A stretch of 64,000 nucleotides of DNA, from the IMG/VR virus record IMGVR_UViG_3300029951_000007; one strand, written 5' to 3'. Both the position numbers and the translations under genes were made by a program. Of this stretch, positions 59,690-64,000 are shown one piece after another. Each line of letters opens with the position of its first letter. Position 1 is the first letter of the stretch. Origin of the DNA: a virus. Below the pieces are notes generated by a model. The model saw only the letters and a list, made by a program, of their open reading frames with translations, ran no database searches and was not told where the DNA came from.

Positions 59690-60613
59690 TTGCCACGTAA
59701 GAGGAGAACGATCCTGAAAAACCTAACACTCATCATCCCCACGCACGGTCGTGTTAACAAGCAGATAACGCTCCAGGCGCTGCCGACTGCGCTCCAGGCC
59801 GAGGTCATCCTCGTGGCTTCGTTGCCTGACGAAGCCAAGGCGCTGAAGAAGCTGTACCCGGCTAACCAAGTGCTTACAGCCAAGGGCACTACATCCATCG
59901 CTACGAAGCGTCACTGGATTATGAAGAACGTAGCCGGCAAGTTTCTATTTATGATGGACGACGACCTGGCGTTCTTCGAGCGCTGCCCGGCTAAGTGGCG
60001 CGTGTGGGAGGAGCATCGCAAGGCGTACGCCGTAGCTCCGGACGCACCGGCTGGAACCTCGCTGATGATGCGTCGCTATCCTAAGGACAAGGTCCTCTTG
60101 AAGCTATTCCAGGAGATGGATTCCTACGCTGGTAAAGAGCACGACCTCGGTATGATCGGCATCGCGCATCGGCGTCACTCTGACAAGAAGAAAGCGGCGT
60201 GGGAGAAGAACGCAAGGATGATGTATGCTTTCGGTGTCAACCGAGAGCTCTATCTCAAAGAGAAGATTCGCTTCGACGCCATAGGTCTGCGCGAGGACTT
60301 CCACGTGGTGTTGTCCATGTTGCGTAAAGGCCATGAGTGCCACAACTACGTCGAGCTACTCAACAACGAGTACGGCACATTCGGCGCGGCGGGAGGGTGC
60401 AGCGGCGAGCGCAGTATGGAGTACAGCGACGCCCAGTGCTTCGAGTTGGCCAAGCTACACCCCGGCTTCGTGAAGGTGGTGGACCGCGCGTACACCACGA
60501 CGGCTGTGCGTAAGGAGGTCGTGGTAGCCTGGAAGAAGGCTTACCTCTCCTCTCTGGCTCAGCCCAAGGTTCCAAGCGTACGGAAGGCAGCAAAGAAAGC
60601 GGTGACGGCATGA
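59690..60613 (+). CDS. GT-A fold (GT2-like) glycosyl/phospho-group transferase
   Basis: LTLIIPTHGR is a typical GT-A N-terminal strand and FLFMMDDDLAFF a DxD motif. The start codon is uncertain: the track uses the TTG at 59690, and a GAGGAGA RBS precedes a CTG at ~59715. Confidence 0.6.
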   Translation: MPRKRRTILKNLTLIIPTHGRVNKQITLQALPTALQAEVILVASLPDEAKALKKLYPANQVLTAKGTTSIATKRHWIMKNVAGKFLFMMDDDLAFFERCPAKWRVWEEHRKAYAVAPDAPAGTSLMMRRYPKDKVLLKLFQEMDSYAGKEHDLGMIGIAHRRHSDKKKAAWEKNARMMYAFGVNRELYLKEKIRFDAIGLREDFHVVLSMLRKGHECHNYVELLNNEYGTFGAAGGCSGERSMEYSDAQCFELAKLHPGFVKVVDRAYTTTAVRKEVVVAWKKAYLSSLAQPKVPSVRKAAKKAVTA

Positions 60614-60777
60614 AGTGCGAAAATTGCAAGAAGAAGTGTGCGAATCGGTTCTGTAACCTTGGCTGCTTCAACCGGTGGGTGCGGCGTGGTAATCGCAAAC
60701 TGGTGGAGGACGCGCACAAGAGCGGCACGGAGGATTACCGCGTCGTCGTACGGAAGATGATGGGAGGCACGGCGTGA
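60610..60777 (+). CDS. 55-aa zinc-ribbon protein
   Basis: Own translation MKCENCKKKCANRFCNLGCFNRWVRRG.... An ATGA overlap lies upstream and a GTGA overlap downstream. Confidence 0.4.
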   Translation: MKCENCKKKCANRFCNLGCFNRWVRRGNRKLVEDAHKSGTEDYRVVVRKMMGGTA

Positions 60778-61511
60778 TCATTCACCACAAGATTCAGCGC
60801 AACAGCGGAGCAGCCCTAGAGCCGTGTATCTATAAGAGTGGCCATGGTGTGCCGACGCAAGGCGCTAAGATGCGCGCCTATCCGGACGTATTTGTGCCGG
60901 TGCTAGGTATAACGACTGGCGGCTACGTCATGCCGGTAATGGGCGAACCATCGCCGGTACTGGACCTGCCGTTGGCGCTGGCCCGGTTGGCTGCTTTATG
61001 GGACCTGCCGGTGGCGCATGTCTACGATTATGAGGGCCGCCGTCGCCACCACGTAGTCCAAGTAGAGCCGTTCACTCGCACAGAAGGCTTTCCGCCTATT
61101 ATCCGGTCGGCGCTGACGACGTGGTACGAACGAATTGGTAGTACGCAAAGCAAAGGAGCACAGGTCGTACATGGTGATCCCACCCTGGAGAACTACGTAC
61201 GCGACGGTTATTGGCTAGACCCTAGTACGCGTCCATTGCCACAAGAGGCCGAGCTTGACGGCGGCAAGCTGCTGCAGTCGTACTTCCACTACGGTCGCCC
61301 TTGCCTGGAGTCGGAACGTTACATGATACGTAAGTTCTTGGTCGAGCAAAAATTGAACCTGGACCTCTGTATCTACTACATGCTGACGCACATCATTCGG
61401 CTGTATGGTGTGCAGCCGCAGGCGCGTGTATGGGCCATTGACGTCGTATCGGGCCTGCGTAATTTGGCGGAAGAACTTCGCACGGAAATGAGAGTGGATG
61501 CATGCAAGTAG
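60774..61511 (+). CDS. protein-kinase-like fold small-molecule kinase (APH / choline-kinase-like)
   Basis: VVHGDPTLENYV is the catalytic-loop HGDxxxxN and YWLDPS the metal-binding D. Confidence 0.6.
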   Translation: MIIHHKIQRNSGAALEPCIYKSGHGVPTQGAKMRAYPDVFVPVLGITTGGYVMPVMGEPSPVLDLPLALARLAALWDLPVAHVYDYEGRRRHHVVQVEPFTRTEGFPPIIRSALTTWYERIGSTQSKGAQVVHGDPTLENYVRDGYWLDPSTRPLPQEAELDGGKLLQSYFHYGRPCLESERYMIRKFLVEQKLNLDLCIYYMLTHIIRLYGVQPQARVWAIDVVSGLRNLAEELRTEMRVDACK

Positions 61512-62221
61512 TTATTCTGGCGGCAGGACGCGGTGAACGATTTGTCAGTAACGGGGTAATGACGCCTAAACCGCTGCTCCCAGCGCGCGGTCGCACGATG
61601 ATACAGCATGCGCTGGTCCAGGCGTCTGAAATCATCAAGACGCCTGTCGTTGTGTGCTTGGTGGATTTGTACAGTGAGCTTCACAAGCAAACGCCGAAGA
61701 ACATGCATCCGATCCGCGTGCCCATTCGGTTCGTGCAGAAGGGTGCGGCCATGTCTTTGTTGGCGGCGTCAGGTGTGATTCGCGATACCGATCCGGTGCT
61801 GGTCATGGACTGTGACACCATCTTCAAGAGTGGTGTGCTTGCTAAGTTCTCTGAGTTTAGTGAGGCTTGCTTCAAGTCTGGCGTGCAGTCTTCTATGCTG
61901 TGCTTCCGTCCTAAGGATGACAGCGAGCGCTACAGTTTCGTTATCATGAAGGATCACTTAGTGACGCAGGTGGTGGAGAAGCAGCGCATAAGCGGTATTG
62001 CTTCTTGCGGCGTTCATGCATTCCAGTCGTGGGAGCTTGCCAAGCGCGCCATCTACGAGATGGTGATTCTCAGTACGATGACTAACGGTGAGTACTATCT
62101 GGCACCGTGCCACAACAATTTGCAGTTGACCACGGCCATGGTGATCGCAGCCGATGAATTCAACCACGTAGGCACACCGGCTGAACTGGAGGCGTATGAG
62201 CAAGCAGTTCCCAAGGCTTGA
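61502..62221 (+). CDS. sugar-/alcohol-phosphate nucleotidyltransferase
   Basis: MQVVILAAGRGERF (LAAGxGxR), PKPLLP and an LVMDCD acidic motif. Size and pattern resemble the RmlA/GlmU-N/LicC class. Confidence 0.75.
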   Translation: MQVVILAAGRGERFVSNGVMTPKPLLPARGRTMIQHALVQASEIIKTPVVVCLVDLYSELHKQTPKNMHPIRVPIRFVQKGAAMSLLAASGVIRDTDPVLVMDCDTIFKSGVLAKFSEFSEACFKSGVQSSMLCFRPKDDSERYSFVIMKDHLVTQVVEKQRISGIASCGVHAFQSWELAKRAIYEMVILSTMTNGEYYLAPCHNNLQLTTAMVIAADEFNHVGTPAELEAYEQAVPKA

Positions 62222-63068
62222 AGAGTTCGTGTACTTCGTGAACGAGCGTTGGTCCATACATCAGAAGCGATTGGCTGGGAAGCCTGCTCCGTGGACGAAG
62301 GATCCTATCCTGTTGGAATACCGCTTTACCAACGTACGTCGCGAAGACGACAGGGTCACTAAGTGTATACACGAAAACTGGTTACAGCCGCACGCGGAGG
62401 ACTACGACACGGTAGTCTTCGCAATGGCGCTGGCACGGTTGGTGAACTTGCCGGCGAGCCTGGAAGCGCTCGGTTATCCATCAAAATGGAATCCGAAGCG
62501 GTTTGTGAAGCTGATGGAGGCGCGCAAGAAGGACGGCATGGCGACGTTCACAGGGGCATACATGATAAACGCCGTCGGTGCTACCAAAGGACAGTCCAAG
62601 GCGTCGTACTTGGCCGACCAGGTGCTTGGGCCGTTGTGGAACAGCCGTAAGCTGCTAGGTAACTTGGTGCGTACCGGGTGTGAGCTTAGTACGTTGCAAG
62701 AAGCGCTCATGTTACATCACGGCTTCGGAGGTGGGTTCATGAGTGCGCAGGTCGTGGCGGATATTAAGCACCTGCCTTCTATGAAGAAGGCTGAAGACTG
62801 GATGACGTTCGCAATGTCAGGGCCAGGAAGTCGTAGAGGGTTAAACTGGCTCGTGGGAAGAGAACCAACTGCGCGCTGGAACGAAGAGGAATGGCATGCT
62901 ACGCTGCTGGATTTGATGAAGGTAGCTCAGCCAAAGTTGAAATGCCCAGTGTTGGATGCGCAGAATCTACAGAACTGTCTGTGTGAATTCAGCAAATACT
63001 GCAAGGTGAAGTACAACGGCGGCAGAGCGAAGCAGAAGTTCCGCGCCAGCGGCGAAGCTTATAATTAA
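62196..63068 (+). CDS. aGPT-Pplase-like / 5-hmdU-DNA-kinase-associated helical domain protein (DNA base hypermodification family)
   Basis: NERWSIHQKRLAGKPAPWTKDPILLEYRFTNVRREDDRVT matches my memory of the PWT.DPIL..YRF.NV.RE.D..T signature of that family. The protein looks all-alpha and is 290 aa. Confidence 0.55.
   Translation: MSKQFPRLEEFVYFVNERWSIHQKRLAGKPAPWTKDPILLEYRFTNVRREDDRVTKCIHENWLQPHAEDYDTVVFAMALARLVNLPASLEALGYPSKWNPKRFVKLMEARKKDGMATFTGAYMINAVGATKGQSKASYLADQVLGPLWNSRKLLGNLVRTGCELSTLQEALMLHHGFGGGFMSAQVVADIKHLPSMKKAEDWMTFAMSGPGSRRGLNWLVGREPTARWNEEEWHATLLDLMKVAQPKLKCPVLDAQNLQNCLCEFSKYCKVKYNGGRAKQKFRASGEAYN
63060..63065 (+). promoter_or_regulatory. TATAAT box, recurrent motif
   Basis: AAGCTTATAATTAACCC overlaps the stop of 62196..63068, 28 nt before the ATG at 63094. 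Confidence 0.4.
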
Positions 63069-63093
63069 CCCATAGCAGCGAAAGGAAGTGAAG

Positions 63094-64000
63094 ATGTACA
63101 GTTACAAAGCTAGAGACGTAAATGAGGCGCTTTCACTTGGACTACAGCATTTGTTACACAGTGGAATCAAAGAGGACTCCAGAGTAGGTCCAGTGCTAGT
63201 AGCGCCAGGGCCGGTGTGTATCGAGTATACCGACCCAAGGCAGCGAGTGCTGTATTCACCAACGCGCGATGCGAACCACGTATTCCATGTGATGGAGGCG
63301 TTGTGGTTTTTCTCGGGGAGCAACGAACTGGAGTTTCCGGTTTTCTTTAATGCCTCATACTCGCAGTTTTCAGATGATGGCAAGACTATGTGGGACTCTT
63401 ACGGATGGCGCTGGCGAGAATTCTTCGGCTATGACCAGCTCGATGCCATAGTGGAGGAGCTCAAGTCGAATCCGGGAAGCAGGCGCTGCGTATTGGCGAT
63501 GTGGAACGCTGATATTGCGCCAAGCGCCCCGCAATGGGAGGCGAAAAGTGGCGTACAGTACAGCGATGATCTTGGCGTTGCGTGCAACGGTGGTAAAGCC
63601 GTTCCGTGCAACACGCACGCTTACTTCGCCATACGAGCCGGCAAGCTGAACATGACCGTCATGAACCGCAGCAACGACAGTATGTGGGGCGCATTCGGCG
63701 CGAACGCGGTCCACTTCAGCTTCCTGTTGGAGTACATGGCGATGCGTATCGGTGTGCCGATGGGCAGTTACTATCAGTTCACGAACAATCTGCATACGTA
63801 TACCGACAAGTTCAGTATTGACAAGCTGAACGCCATTGAATACGAGTGCGTTACGCTCGATCAGTTGGAACCTCTTGGACCCTCTATCACAGAAGGATTC
63901 GACGACGACCTGAAGCTGTTCATGCCGTGGGCGCTGAAGGTGATACGTGCCACCCCACCGCCGGCAACGTTCCCGTCAGACGTATTACCAGAAGCTACGC
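63094..64000 (+). CDS. divergent thymidylate-synthase (ThyA)-fold enzyme, candidate dUMP hydroxymethylase (3' end beyond window)
   Basis: Own translation from the ATG at 63094 stays open to the window end. GSRRCVLAMWN, VPCNTHAYFAIRAGKLNMTVMNRSND, GANAVHFSFLLEYMA and NNLHTY align with ThyA SRRIIVSAWN, PCHAFFQFYV..GKLSCQLYQRSCD, PFNIASYALL and GDTHLY. Confidence 0.75.
   Translation, partial: MYSYKARDVNEALSLGLQHLLHSGIKEDSRVGPVLVAPGPVCIEYTDPRQRVLYSPTRDANHVFHVMEALWFFSGSNELEFPVFFNASYSQFSDDGKTMWDSYGWRWREFFGYDQLDAIVEELKSNPGSRRCVLAMWNADIAPSAPQWEAKSGVQYSDDLGVACNGGKAVPCNTHAYFAIRAGKLNMTVMNRSNDSMWGAFGANAVHFSFLLEYMAMRIGVPMGSYYQFTNNLHTYTDKFSIDKLNAIEYECVTLDQLEPLGPSITEGFDDDLKLFMPWALKVIRATPPPATFPSDVLPEAT

Overview
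The window reads as a contiguous piece of a tailed dsDNA bacteriophage genome, either virion DNA or the interior of a prophage. I saw no integrase, rRNA or CRISPR array.

Layout:
- 1-16.1 kb: leftward (minus-strand) packaging and head-morphogenesis module. It holds TerS, TerL, an HNH endonuclease, a MuF-like protein, a DUF1073-type portal with a long C-terminal extension, two paralogous GIY-YIG endonucleases and a D-arm-less tRNA-Pro-like element.
- 16.1-16.7 kb: AT-rich divergent control region with iteron or operator-like repeats.
- 16.7-64 kb: rightward early/middle module, densely packed with ATGA/GTGA start-stop overlaps.
  - Replication: primase-helicase, DNA ligase, family-A DNA polymerase, Cas4-like nuclease, VRR-NUC, SNF2 helicase.
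  - Host-takeover or anti-defence candidates: Fic, Lar-like, SprT-like, J-domain, SPFH and a polyacidic-tail protein, among many small ORFans.
  - Nucleotide metabolism: dCTP-deaminase/dUTPase fold, 5'-deoxynucleotidase and a frameshifted DHH phosphoesterase.

The most interesting signal is a translationally coupled six-gene cluster at 59.7-64 kb. It encodes a GT-A transferase, a Zn-ribbon protein, an APH/choline-kinase-like kinase, a nucleotidyltransferase, an aGPT-Pplase-like helical protein and a divergent ThyA-like enzyme. I read it as a candidate new DNA pyrimidine hypermodification pathway.

Other notable items are a ~134-nt RNA-like element closed by a 20-bp perfect helix, a recurring G(C/T)TATAAT(T/C)A promoter-like box at 13 sites, and a portal C-terminal domain with a pyrophosphatase-like motif.

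All functional calls rest on motifs read by eye and remembered family signatures. No database search was run.
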